Shown here: positions 18,671 to 28,762 of the stretch, piece after piece
How the letters are laid out: each line of letters opens with the position of its first letter
Numbering within the stretch: the first letter of the stretch is position 1
Assembly: GCA_022824225.1 (NCBI GenBank)
Contig: JAJEAH010000045.1
Span: 13,110-77,109 of the forward strand
DNA length: 64,000 nucleotides
Origin: Chloroflexota bacterium
Lineage (GTDB): Bacteria > Chloroflexota > UBA11872 > VXOZ01
Direction of reading: 5' to 3'
Made by a program: the position numbers and the translations under genes
The notes under the pieces: model-generated
The model's input: only the letters and a program-made list of their open reading frames with translations
What the model was told of the DNA's origin: nothing
The model's database searches: none

Positions 18671-20059
18671 TTACTCCCGATGCTCTTCCGGCCGGCGGTC
18701 GATTATCTCCTGGAGAATCTGCGCCGACTCGCGCAGGCCCTCTGGCACGGTGATCTCGCCTCTGAGCGCGCTGTACCACGGCTGCTGTAGCGGGCCCCAG
18801 GCCTCGTTGAACTCGGGTAGGCGCAGGAAGTTGTGGCCCTCCTCGGCCCAGGCCTCAATGGCGTCGTGGACGTTGGTGCCCTCGAACCGCGACGCCCAAC
18901 CGGGATGGGAGGCGTGCTCGATGATGGACGGCCAAGAGGTCCAGCCGAAGTACTCGGAACCGGTCGCGCCCTCATCCGAGCCGAGCCACTTCAGCAGTTC
19001 CCACACCGAGTCCTGCACGTTGGAGAGACCCATGATGGAGTGGGCGTTGCCGACCACGGTGGCCGTGCCGCGCTCATTGCGCGGCGGCCGGGTCACGCTG
19101 AGCTTTTAGCCCAAGTGCTGCGGGGAGGCGTTGTAGCGGAAAACGCCCGTGAACTCCATGGCGATGTGCCCCAACTCCAGAATGCCGATGCCGGAACGGC
19201 CGGCTAGGAGTTCGCTGACTACCTCGCTCGGCGGCGTGAACTCGTGCTTCAGGTGCAGGTCCACGTTGAACTGGGCGCCGGCATGCGACTTGGGATCCTC
19301 GCCGTAGAGCACCCTATTGCCGTCTTCCGACAATTCCTCTCCACCGAAATTCAGCATGAAGGTGCTGGCCATGTAGAAAAGGCTGTTCTGGCCGATCCGC
19401 ACGGCCCAGCGGTTGTCGTCTGGCTTGTGGACCTTCTGGCACATGTCGATCATGTCGTCATAGGTCCAGTCGCCGCCGGGATAGTTCAGGCCGGCTTCGT
19501 CGAAATACTGCTTGTTGAAGAGCACCAACTCGCCGCCGGATTGGGTGGGGATGGCATAGAGCTTGCCGGCCCAACTCCAGGCTTTGATGTCCGCGGGATA
19601 GTAGCGCGTGATGTCCACTTTGTCGCGCTGCATCAACGGTATGTGATCGATGAACATGCCGTTGAACCCGCCAAAGAAGACCCAGTTTACCTGGTTCATA
19701 GAGATGTCTACGTCGGCCTCACCGGCGGCAAAGGCGGTCTTGCGCCGGTCCCAAATGCCGCTATACTCACCGGGAATCACGTTGAACTTTACGTTCAGAG
19801 CTTCCTCAGCCTGCTTGAGGGTGTTCAGATAGGGCGCATGACGTCCGTCGGTCTCGGTGAAGTATTCGTCAATGTTGATGACGGGCGTCTCCATCATCTC
19901 CGTTTTTTCTTCGGCTTTCGCCTCAGTTTCCTCTTCCGTTGTTGGCGCGGTCGTAGCTACGGGCATGGCGCCGCAGGCGGCGAGGACCAGCACGCTCGCC
20001 ATGCTGCCGGCGCCTAGAAAGAGGCGTCGTCGGGTGAGCGTATCCGTTCGTGCTTTCAT
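18671..20059 (-). pseudogene. ABC transporter substrate-binding lipoprotein (family 1 SBP) interrupted by an in-frame TAA at 19106-19108
   Basis: ORFs 19106..20212 and 18671..19096 are in the same frame, separated by a single stop (...ASPQHLG*KLSVTRPP...). N-terminus MKARTDTLTRRRLFLGAGSMASVLVLAACG is a Tat signal plus lipobox. Confidence 0.6.
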
Positions 20060-20538
20060 CGCTCTTGACCTCCTTTGGGTCAATGGCGTACAAACACTGG
20101 AACTGTGCGCCTTGCTGCCATGAGGAATAGGAGTGAGGAACGGCCCGGCGCCACAGCTCTCTCCCCAGAAGCTTTGGTTCCCTCCTTCCATGGACTTGCA
20201 TACTATTGACAATCCTACATGTAGCTATGGTACCACGGTTCTGGCGGGAGTCAATGTCAATAACCCGCATAGTGAGCTGGGTCTCTCAAAAAAATTTAGG
20301 CGCACTGACAGTCTCTCCCAGCCGGAGGAACTTTGTGTTCTGAGCATTCCTCTTTGGTGGTTGCTGCCACGTAAATGCGCAGAGCGCCGGTGAGCGCCTC
20401 TTGTTTGACATTGCTTCCGCCACCGCCTATGTTCTTTCCCAAGCGGTTGGCCTAAGAGAGCAAAGCCACGCACCGCCGTTTTGCGGCATGTTGCGTCAAG
20501 TAACATCCCAAACCCCTTTCAACAAAGAGAAAGATAGG

Positions 20539-21735
20539 TCCATGGCAAGCAGGCAATTCACGGTCCACGCAGGCAATCATATCCGCAAGCACTGCCCCGT
20601 TTGGGTCAATGATGGGAAACTCGCTGCGGATCGGAGTTATTTGGTAATCGATGACGTTACGAATGAGGCGCTGCCCGCGCAGGCGGTGGAGACCGCGGAC
20701 GGTACGCGTCTGGTCTGGATTCTGCCTGCGCTTGCCGCACGTGCCAGCCGGTCGTATTCGCTGGAGACAGGCGCGGCGGACAGTGCGAGCGCCAAGCCAG
20801 GCCGGGATGGCGGCGGCGTGGCCGTGGCCGATGGCAGACACGGCGTGGACATAGATCTCGATGGCGAACTCTTTACCACCTATCACCACGCCCCGCAGCA
20901 CAACAAGCTCTTTCTCTATCCCGTGGTCGGCCCCACCGGCAGGGGTATGACACGTGCGTACCCGATGATACCTGACGTGCCGGGCGAGAAGCACGACCAT
21001 CCCCACCACAAGTCAATCCACGTGGCCCACGGCGACGTGAACGGCGTGGACCTCTGGAGCGAACTCGACGACCACGGCTACCAGCGCCATGTTTGTTTTC
21101 TCCCCGCGTTTGGCGCAGGCAGCGCCTACGTGAGCGGTCCGGTGTGCGGCGCGTTTCTCTCGCGCAGCCACTGGGTAAGCCGCAGCGAACAACCGGTACT
21201 GACGGAAGAAAAACGCGTGGTGGTATACGCCCCCGCGTCGGACGCGCGCATACTGGATATTGGCGTGACCCTCCACGCTACCGAGGGCCCGGTGCGCTTT
21301 GGCGATACGAAAGAAGGCGCCATGCTCTCCGTGCGCGTGGCGAGCAGCATGGACGCCGACGACGCCGGCGAGATCGAGAATGCCTACGGCGGGCGGGGCG
21401 AGGACGAGTGCTTCGGCGCGCGCGCCCAGTGGATGGACTACACCGGTCCCGTGAGCGGCAAAACCGTAGGCGTCGCCGTGTTCGACCACCCCTCCAGCTT
21501 CCGCTATCCCACGTACTGGCACGTCCGCAACTACGGCCTGCTGCACGCGAACTGCTTCGCCTGGCGGGAGTTCCTGGGCCACCCCGGCATAGACGGCAGC
21601 TACGTCCTGCCCGAGGGCGCGCGCCTGCGCTGCCAATTCCGCGTCTACCTCCACACCGGCAAAACCCAAGAGGCGAGAGTGAAAGAGCGCTACCACGATT
21701 TCATCACCCCACCGGTGGTAGAAGCCGTGGAGTAG
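20539..21735 (+). CDS. PmoA-family (DUF6807) protein
   Basis: NKLFLYPVVGPTGRGMT...EKHDHPHHKSIHVAHGDVNGVDLWSE resembles the KPYFHPL / DHPWHRG / NGVDFW signature of PF14100. Confidence 0.55.
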   Translation, partial: SMASRQFTVHAGNHIRKHCPVWVNDGKLAADRSYLVIDDVTNEALPAQAVETADGTRLVWILPALAARASRSYSLETGAADSASAKPGRDGGGVAVADGRHGVDIDLDGELFTTYHHAPQHNKLFLYPVVGPTGRGMTRAYPMIPDVPGEKHDHPHHKSIHVAHGDVNGVDLWSELDDHGYQRHVCFLPAFGAGSAYVSGPVCGAFLSRSHWVSRSEQPVLTEEKRVVVYAPASDARILDIGVTLHATEGPVRFGDTKEGAMLSVRVASSMDADDAGEIENAYGGRGEDECFGARAQWMDYTGPVSGKTVGVAVFDHPSSFRYPTYWHVRNYGLLHANCFAWREFLGHPGIDGSYVLPEGARLRCQFRVYLHTGKTQEARVKERYHDFITPPVVEAVE

Positions 21736-21962
21736 CTTGCGCTCTCACGATAAAGGTCTGTTGGCAAGTGGCAAGGCTCACAATCTGGCATCCCGTGCGG
21801 TGACAAAGGGGGCTTGGCGTCAATCATGCTTTGACCCTAACTGGGCAGTTGACTACTATGAACAATAATCAAAAGGAGCAACAAGGCTACTTTGTATTGG
21901 TTTTGCTATGAAAGCAAGTAAATCGTGCAACAAGGGAAGTCACGAGCGAGGAGGTCCAACAG

Positions 21963-23117
21963 ATGAGCTTCATTGACGAAGTGCGAGCACTTTCTAGAAA
22001 TTTCGCTAATAGAATTGATCACCTTGATACTGAAGAAGCAACTAAGCAAGCGCTCGTTTTGCCTTTCATACAAGTCTTGGGCTACTCAATATATGATCCA
22101 ACTGAAGTGAAGCCGGAGTTTGTTGCTGACGTAGGCATGAAGAAGGGAGAGAAAGTAGACTACGCCATTTTACAGAACGGTAGTCCATTGGTTTTGATCG
22201 AATGCAAGACCTATGGAACAAATCTCAACGACAGAGTGGTGTCCCAGCTTCTGCGCTACTTTCTGACCACTGAGGCCCGATTCGGCATTCTCACAGACGG
22301 CATTGTATACCGGTTTTTCTCGGACCTCGATGATGACAACAAAATGGATCTAGAGCATTTCTTTGAGTTCAATATGCTTGATTGCTCTGAGGTGCAGGTC
22401 AAGGAGCTCGAGCGCTTTACGAAAGCGTCTTTCGATATAGACGAGATTGTCAGCGCCGCAAGAGAATTGAAGTACACGACAAAGATCAAGCGACTACTTA
22501 CCCAGGAACTTGATAGTCCATCCGATGATTTTATCCGTTACTTTGTAAAACGCGTTTACAAGGGGGCTGCAACTGCAAAGATAAGGGAGCAATTCTCAGT
22601 TCTTCTGCAGCAAGCGTTCACAGAATTTATCAATGAGCGAGTCAACGGTGAAGGGTGGACGCAAATCGATAAGCCATCTCCGCCAGCGGCCACTGCTGAG
22701 CCGAGGCCGGAACTCATCACTTCTCAAACGCTGCCCCCCACTGATGTCGACAAGGAATGGCAACCGCTATCCAATGTGAAGCCAGCGAAAGGGCATCCCA
22801 AGCCTACTGGCATACGGTTCCCGGATGGTTCGCACCTTCCCGTCAAGTATTGGAAAGACTTAACAATAGGAGCTACGGCTTGGCTTATGCAGAGCAAATT
22901 GCTGCACACGGGCCTGCTACCAATTCAACGCGCCAGTCGATACCTAGTTGCTTCTGAGCCGATACATCCAGACGGCGGTTCATTTAAACAACATCAATTA
23001 GTAGAGTCAGTTTACATCGAGAAGAATTACGATGCGGCCGATCACGTCGAAAATTCTTGCATAATCATCAGGCACGTTGGTCAGGATCCGACCAAATTCT
23101 CGGTTTGCTTCGATTGA
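21963..23117 (+). CDS. HsdR-N-like PD-(D/E)xK nuclease-domain protein with an uncharacterised ~170-aa C-terminal domain (low-GC island)
   Basis: GEKVDYAILQNGSPLVLIECKTYGTNL (D...E-x-K) then QLLRYFLTTEARFGILTDGIVYRFF equals the type I restriction R-subunit N-terminal fold. GC ~42% against ~65% background. GAGGAGG Shine-Dalgarno. Confidence 0.6.
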   Translation: MSFIDEVRALSRNFANRIDHLDTEEATKQALVLPFIQVLGYSIYDPTEVKPEFVADVGMKKGEKVDYAILQNGSPLVLIECKTYGTNLNDRVVSQLLRYFLTTEARFGILTDGIVYRFFSDLDDDNKMDLEHFFEFNMLDCSEVQVKELERFTKASFDIDEIVSAARELKYTTKIKRLLTQELDSPSDDFIRYFVKRVYKGAATAKIREQFSVLLQQAFTEFINERVNGEGWTQIDKPSPPAATAEPRPELITSQTLPPTDVDKEWQPLSNVKPAKGHPKPTGIRFPDGSHLPVKYWKDLTIGATAWLMQSKLLHTGLLPIQRASRYLVASEPIHPDGGSFKQHQLVESVYIEKNYDAADHVENSCIIIRHVGQDPTKFSVCFD

Positions 23118-23175
23118 CTGGAATTGGCGACGAGCTACTTTCGCAGTACGTTCGTGGAGAAGCTTGAAAATTGTC

Positions 23176-23523
23176 ATGATTCGGCCAACGGCAGTAGAGC
23201 CGTGCAAGGGTTTTCGCATTTGGCTACGGTATGCCGATGGCACCGCCGGGGAAGTCGACCTAATGCACTTGGCAGGACGTGGTGTATTCAAGACGTGGAA
23301 GGATCGACGTTTCTTTGAGTCGGTGCGTATCACGACGGCTGGCGGCGTTGGTTGGGGGAAGGCGTTGAGCTTTGTCCTGACGCGCTCTGTGTGCAGCTTA
23401 CTGGGAAGCCTGTTTCAGAGGTGCTGCCCGGTGTGGCGTTGGGTGAGTGAGCGGGCAGGGGAATTCTGTAACCGATTCTGTGTGCGGGACTTCGGGAGTC
23501 GATTCTGCACGCATTATTCCTGA
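23176..23523 (+). CDS. DUF2442 domain protein with a divergent C-terminal tail
   Basis: MIRPTAVEPCKGFRIWLRYADGTAGEVDLMHLAGRGVFKTWKDRRFFESVRITTAGGVGWG matches the DUF2442 consensus. No DUF4160 partner. Confidence 0.5.
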   Translation: MIRPTAVEPCKGFRIWLRYADGTAGEVDLMHLAGRGVFKTWKDRRFFESVRITTAGGVGWGKALSFVLTRSVCSLLGSLFQRCCPVWRWVSERAGEFCNRFCVRDFGSRFCTHYS

Positions 23524-23579
23524 GATTCCTCGCTGCACTCGGAATGACAGGAGTTGTCTTTTTGGCGCAGTGCTAGCTT

Positions 23580-24110
23580 GTGGGTCTTCGCTTCCTCGAT
23601 GTTGCCTGCGGCAATGAAGCTGTCTCGCATTGGACTGGATGACGGGCAGGCCCGCAGGTTACAAACCTGCGCTACCGGAGAGGGCGGCGGGCTTGCATTC
23701 TCGGGCTAAGTGAAGAGGTCCAGTTGGTGCCTGCTGCAGTGAAGCTGTCTCGCATTGGACTGGATTCCGGCTTTCGCCGGAATGACGGGCAGGCCCGCAG
23801 GTCACAAACCTGCGCTACCGGAAAGGGCGGTAGGTCGCGGAACTGTGCCAGGCAAGAGGCCCGATGGTTGCTGACTTGGCCTACCGGAGGGGAAGGCAGG
23901 CTTGCATTCTTGGGCCAGGGGGAGAGACCCCCCAGGTATCAAACCTGGGCTACCGGAGAGGCCCGCAGGTTGCAGACCTGGCCTACGGGAATGGGCGGCA
24001 GTTTGCGGAACTGGGCTAGGCGAGAGGCCCGCGAGTTGCAGGCCTGCGCTACCGGAACTGTTGGCAGGTCACAAACTTGTGCCTCCGGAGAGTACAGCAC
24101 GTTCTTCTGG
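23580..24110. repeat. Array of REP type B hairpins including two ~120-bp composite units (gtgaagctgtctcgcattggactggat ... gcaggtYacaaacctgcgctaccgg)
   Basis: At least six hairpin copies at irregular spacing (140, 134, 27, 73, 34 bp); not CRISPR. Confidence 0.65.
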
Positions 24111-24340
24111 TCTGCGGCAGGGCGTTTCCAATTAGGTGGGGAACTGATAGAGGCGCTGCCGTCAAATAGGGCGTCGAGACGGGCATTGTCAATGGGCCGG
24201 CAAATGATCGCCTGACGCCACATCCGGCAGCGTTCACTTGTAGCTGCGCAACTGGCAGCGTTCTTTCGGAGCGGTGCATCTGGCAGCATTCACATAAAGC
24301 GGAGTATCCGGCTACCTGCAGGCGAAATCGAGGTCTCACC

Positions 24341-26053
24341 ATGGCGCCAACAGACAGCACCTTTGACATAACGCAAGAAATAAACGTCCCTGTGCCCATG
24401 CGGGACGGCACCATATTGCGGGCCGACGTATATCGACCCGATGCGCCCGGTGAATATCCCGTGCTGCTCTGCCGCACGCCCTATGACAAGACCGATCAGG
24501 GCGTCGGCCAGGAGCTTGCGCGGCGGGGCTACATTGCGGTGGCGCAGGACGTGCGCGGGCGCTACGCCTCGGCTGGCGAATTCCGCCCCGGCTTCTACCG
24601 CGCCGATACCTACGACGACGTGGACGGCTACGACACGGTGGAGTGGGCGGCGCGACTTCCCGGTTCCACCGGCAAAGTGGGCACCTACGGCGGTTCGTAC
24701 AACGGCTGGACGCAATGGGAACTGGCCCACACGCGCCCGCCGCACCTGGCTACCATGATCCCCAGCGCCATCGCCGCGAACCTGCTTGACCGCGAGTTGG
24801 GCGGGGTGCTGCGGCTCGGCCGCGTGCTGTGGTGGACGATCAACTCGCTGGCGCCGGACCTGCGCCGCCACATCGGCGATACCAAGGGCCCTACCACGAA
24901 TGCCGACGCGGAGCACATCTGGCTGGAGCAGGACCGCAGCAAGTGGCTCTGGTACCTGCCGCTGCTGGATATCCCCGACGACGTGCTCTCCGGCATGAAG
25001 CCGCACTTCCACCACTGGCTGAGCGACCACGCCCAGGACCATTTCGGCTTCTTGCAGAAGCACAAGAAAGTTAACGTTCCAGTCCTGAGCGTAACGGGCT
25101 GGTACGACCAGCAAATCGGAACCATCAAGCATTTCACCGGCATGCGCGCCAACGGCATGACCGCCCACGCCCGCGACAACCAGTACCTCATCATCGGCCC
25201 GTACACCCATACGACCGCCGACCTGAACCGCACCGTGGGCGAGGTGGACTTCGGCCCGGCGGCGGAGCGGGACTACTACGCCATCGCCGACGCCTGGTAC
25301 CGCGCCTGGCTGAAGGACGACCCCAGCGGCATCGCCGACTGGCCGCCCATCCAGCTCTTCGTTATGGGCGCGAACACGTGGCGGAGCGAAGACGATTGGC
25401 CCCTGGCGCGCACGCAGTATACGGACTTCTACTTCCACAGCGATGGCGATGCCAATACACCGTTTGGCGGCGGTGCGCTCTCGCGAGAAGCCCCCAGCGA
25501 GGAACCGCCGGACACGTACACCTACGACCCCCGGGATCCCGTGATGACGCTCTACACCGGCCCCGGCCAGCAGGTGCCCCTGGACCAGCGGGCCTTGCAG
25601 CACCGGCGGGATATTCTGAGCTATGCCACGCCGCCGTTGGCGGCGCCTTTGGAGGTCACCGGGCCGATTACGGTCACGCTGTGGGCGGCGTCGTCGGCCC
25701 GGGATACGGACTTCGTGGTCAAGCTGATGGACGTCTGGCCCGATGGGTTTACCCAAGAGCTGTGCCACGGCATCGTGCGCGCCCGCTACCGGGAGTCCTA
25801 CACCGAACCCACCCTCATCGAGCCGGATGCGGTGTATCAATACACGATCCAGGTAAACCCCACGAGCAATTGCTTCTTGCCCGGCCACCGCCTGCGCATC
25901 GACATCACCAGCAGCGACTTCCCTAACTTCGATCGCAACCACAACACCGGCGCCCACGAATACGCCGACGGCGAGGTGGTCGCGGCCCGCCAGACCATTT
26001 TCCACGATCATAGCCGGCCCTCGCATGTGACTCTGCCGGTAATACCGCAGTAG
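24341..26053 (+). CDS. CocE/NonD-family alpha/beta hydrolase (X-Pro dipeptidyl-peptidase S15-like)
   Basis: VLLCRTPYDK...YIAVAQDVRGRYASAGEF...GGSYNGWTQ (nucleophile elbow) and a C-terminal beta-sandwich domain. Confidence 0.8.
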   Translation: MAPTDSTFDITQEINVPVPMRDGTILRADVYRPDAPGEYPVLLCRTPYDKTDQGVGQELARRGYIAVAQDVRGRYASAGEFRPGFYRADTYDDVDGYDTVEWAARLPGSTGKVGTYGGSYNGWTQWELAHTRPPHLATMIPSAIAANLLDRELGGVLRLGRVLWWTINSLAPDLRRHIGDTKGPTTNADAEHIWLEQDRSKWLWYLPLLDIPDDVLSGMKPHFHHWLSDHAQDHFGFLQKHKKVNVPVLSVTGWYDQQIGTIKHFTGMRANGMTAHARDNQYLIIGPYTHTTADLNRTVGEVDFGPAAERDYYAIADAWYRAWLKDDPSGIADWPPIQLFVMGANTWRSEDDWPLARTQYTDFYFHSDGDANTPFGGGALSREAPSEEPPDTYTYDPRDPVMTLYTGPGQQVPLDQRALQHRRDILSYATPPLAAPLEVTGPITVTLWAASSARDTDFVVKLMDVWPDGFTQELCHGIVRARYRESYTEPTLIEPDAVYQYTIQVNPTSNCFLPGHRLRIDITSSDFPNFDRNHNTGAHEYADGEVVAARQTIFHDHSRPSHVTLPVIPQ

Positions 26054-26080
26054 CCTCAAACTACGATGGAAGGCATGCCA

Positions 26081-27136
26081 ATGCGCGCGCTCTACTCGAA
26101 TAATCGCGGTGAGATGTACCTCAAGGAAGTTCCCGAACCCACGCTGCAGGGCTCCGGCGTGGTAATCCGCACGCTGGCGTCGGTCTTTGGGGCCGGGTCC
26201 GAAATGGCGGGGGTCGGACGCCGCCGCCAGGCGTTGGCGGAGGGCAAAGACCCCGGTCTGTTCTCTGAAAAAGCCCACAGCTACCAGTCCGCCGGGGAAG
26301 TCGTGCAAGTGTCCGACGACCTGCGGGACCGCTTTCAACCGGGCGACCTGGTGGCGGCGACCGGCGGCGGCTTTGGCTATCACGCCGAGCAGGCCTTCGT
26401 GTGGCAGCACTCGTTTGCCAAGATACCGCCGGGCCTGCCGCCCATCGAGGCGGCCACCACGAACGTGGGCCTCACGGCGTTCCACGCCATGCGCCGCGCG
26501 GTGGTGCAGCCGGGCGAAACGGTGGTAGTGCTCGGCCTGGGCATGGTGGGCCAGATAGCGGCGCAGCTTGTCGGCATGGTGGGCGGCCAGGCCGTCGGCG
26601 TAGACCTGCATGACTTTCGGCTGCAGAAGGCCCGGGAATGCGGCGCCGCGGCCACGGTTGGCGGCACGGAAGACGAAATTGCGGCAGCGGTTGCTGACAT
26701 AACGGACGGCGTCGGCGCGGATGCGGTCTTTGTGGCGACCTCAGCGCGGGTGCGGGGCCCGGCGTCGCTGGCGGTGCGGCTGGTGCGGGAGAGCGGGCGC
26801 GTGCTGTTCATCGGGCGCGTGATCTGGGACTTCACCCCCACCCACCCGGACGCCGACCCCCACACCAAAGAGATTAACATCCACTGGGTGAACGGCCGCG
26901 GCCCCGGCAGCCGCGCCCGCGACTACCTGCGCGGCGAGGTGGACTACCCCGACCGCTTCGTGCCCTGGGACCAGGAGCGCAACCTGGCAGCCCTGCTCGC
27001 CCTGCAAGCCGCGGGCAAAGTCCGCGTAGACCCGCTCATCACCCACCGCTTCCCGTTCGACCAGGCGCCCGCGGCAGCGGAGGTCGCCATCAACCTCCCC
27101 GCCGAGGCCCTCGGCGTGGCATTGGAGTACGATTGA
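26081..27136 (+). CDS. MDR-superfamily (zinc-type) alcohol dehydrogenase-like oxidoreductase
   Basis: Rossmann motif VVVLGLGMVGQIAAQL and GroES-like N-terminal domain. Confidence 0.7.
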   Translation: MRALYSNNRGEMYLKEVPEPTLQGSGVVIRTLASVFGAGSEMAGVGRRRQALAEGKDPGLFSEKAHSYQSAGEVVQVSDDLRDRFQPGDLVAATGGGFGYHAEQAFVWQHSFAKIPPGLPPIEAATTNVGLTAFHAMRRAVVQPGETVVVLGLGMVGQIAAQLVGMVGGQAVGVDLHDFRLQKARECGAAATVGGTEDEIAAAVADITDGVGADAVFVATSARVRGPASLAVRLVRESGRVLFIGRVIWDFTPTHPDADPHTKEINIHWVNGRGPGSRARDYLRGEVDYPDRFVPWDQERNLAALLALQAAGKVRVDPLITHRFPFDQAPAAAEVAINLPAEALGVALEYD

Positions 27137-27285
27137 CGGCAGTGTTGGCTCAAACAGGGACTGGCTGCAAGAATAGCTGCGTGACTTGCTATCGCGAAAG
27201 TATGCCTTTTGGCCCAGTCTTGCGGGGCCATTCCGTGCCATTAAGTCACAAGAGTCTCATTTCGGCGCGGCTAGCGGCTAGACAA

Positions 27286-28596
27286 TTACCACCTGGAGAC
27301 TCTGGCGGCTTGCTCTCGTGTCGTTCGTTCTGCCTGCTGGTACTCGCGCACGATCGAGCAGGCTTCGTTCACCACCGACGCCACGTCGTCACCTTGTACG
27401 AGCGCCTCGACGATGTACCGAATGACGTGTAGTTGTACCCCGGTCAAAGGCCACCCGCTTTCATGTTCCATGGACTGCTGCAACGCAGTTATCTCTTCTG
27501 GCCGAAGGTCCTTCCGAAACTCTCCAAGTCTTGCCATCGCTTCTCTTTGGGTGGGCACAATCACATACGGTTGCATCGCTCCCACAAGGCCCCGCAGGGC
27601 TGTGTACGCCTCCTCCGGGTGGCTGGTCCGCGCGGCAATTGCAATCCCGACTTCCCCATACACCGGCACTGCCCGCACCTTGCCGCGCGGCAACTGCGCT
27701 AAGCGGTACTCTCCGGCAGACGGGCGCTTTGGCGGCAGTTCGTAGACCATCGCCGGCGGATTGCCCGACTCGTAGATCATCCTGCCCAAATACGTGAATT
27801 CGGCTGGCGAGACGCGATGAGTATGCAGCAGGTCGTAACAGAATTGCAGGGCTTCAAGCGCGCTCGGTTCCTGCAGCCGGCACTGCAATCCGTCCAGGTC
27901 GAGCACAGCTGCCTCGTTCTGCCAGAGCGCCCACCAGAGTCCTTGGCTGTGCGTCGCCAGTCCCCAGCGCGCTACGCTCCCATTCGCCCGCCGCTCTGTC
28001 AACTTGGCTGCATTCACCACTAGGTCGTCCCATCCCCAGTTGCTGTGCGGTGCCGAAACGCCCTCCCGCCGAAACAGCGCGGCGTCATAATAGAGCACCT
28101 GTGGGCGCACGCCTACCGGTAGCGCGTAGAGTGCTCCCCGTTGAAACTGTGCCAACACGTTGGGATAGAATTCTCGCTCAATACCCGTGCCCTCGGAGCC
28201 GGTGAACCGGTCCAGAGGCAACAATACTCCTTGTTCGCCCAAGACCTGCGCATTATACGGCCCCACTGTAACAAGGTCTGCTCCCAAGTCTGCTAGCGTT
28301 GCTGCATATTGCTCCCGCTCTAGCCAGGGACTTATGCGCCGCAGAGAAAGGGTATACCGCCCTTGTTTGAGGCCGCGCGGGTTTTCTTCATCTTGCGCAA
28401 GCTCCGCCGCTGCCAGTTCGAACTTCTCAAGCGCAGACATGCCCCGGGTGCCCGCAAGACTAGCAAACGAGTCTGCAACCGCCCAAATCAGGCTTGCCCC
28501 CTGCACAATGGCCGGCGATTCAGGTTGAGAATTGATGAAGCTGCAGCCAACTGGAATTAGAGCCGCGCTAGCCATTAAGGTCCTGCGCGAGAGCAT
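27286..28596 (-). CDS. ABC transporter substrate-binding lipoprotein (family 1, sugar-type), orphan
   Basis: Signal and lipobox MLSRRTLMASAALIPVGCSF; SBP_bac_1-like fold. Confidence 0.7.
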   Translation of the reverse strand: MLSRRTLMASAALIPVGCSFINSQPESPAIVQGASLIWAVADSFASLAGTRGMSALEKFELAAAELAQDEENPRGLKQGRYTLSLRRISPWLEREQYAATLADLGADLVTVGPYNAQVLGEQGVLLPLDRFTGSEGTGIEREFYPNVLAQFQRGALYALPVGVRPQVLYYDAALFRREGVSAPHSNWGWDDLVVNAAKLTERRANGSVARWGLATHSQGLWWALWQNEAAVLDLDGLQCRLQEPSALEALQFCYDLLHTHRVSPAEFTYLGRMIYESGNPPAMVYELPPKRPSAGEYRLAQLPRGKVRAVPVYGEVGIAIAARTSHPEEAYTALRGLVGAMQPYVIVPTQREAMARLGEFRKDLRPEEITALQQSMEHESGWPLTGVQLHVIRYIVEALVQGDDVASVVNEACSIVREYQQAERTTREQAARVSRW

Positions 28597-28762
28597 TAGC
28601 CTGCTCCTTTCACGCGATTGGATGCACTGTCCTTACTGTCGAAGAATCGCGAATCTAGGCCAAAAGGCCGGAGCACCCTCGAAGTATTGAATCCTACGGG
28701 GGCGCTCCGTCTCTCGACTCACACAACAGTGTGCTGAATCTGAATTCGTTTCCAGACTTACC

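Noticed and set aside
23124-23318. 64-aa ORF as a possible DUF4160 partner of the DUF2442 gene
   Set aside because: The sequence does not resemble DUF4160, and it overlaps the DUF2442 reading frame. Discounted.
23580-24110. Possible CRISPR array (many near-identical ~25-bp palindromic repeats); likewise 37340-37510, 8858-8996 and 61755-61933
   Set aside because: Repeat spacing is irregular (27-140 bp) or zero (units directly abutting). Intervening sequences are themselves repeat-derived, and no cas genes are nearby. These are REP/BIME elements and minisatellites.
24290-26611. Very long antisense or alternative-frame ORFs (for example 24290..26611 -, 5133..6155 +, 3061..3789 -, 50487..51863 -, 56170..57195 +, 60334..61434 +, 61956..63416 +)
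   Set aside because: They overlap well-supported genes on the other strand or frame. They are Arg/Ala/Gly/Pro-rich with no family resemblance, the expected artefact of ~65-70% GC with few stop codons.
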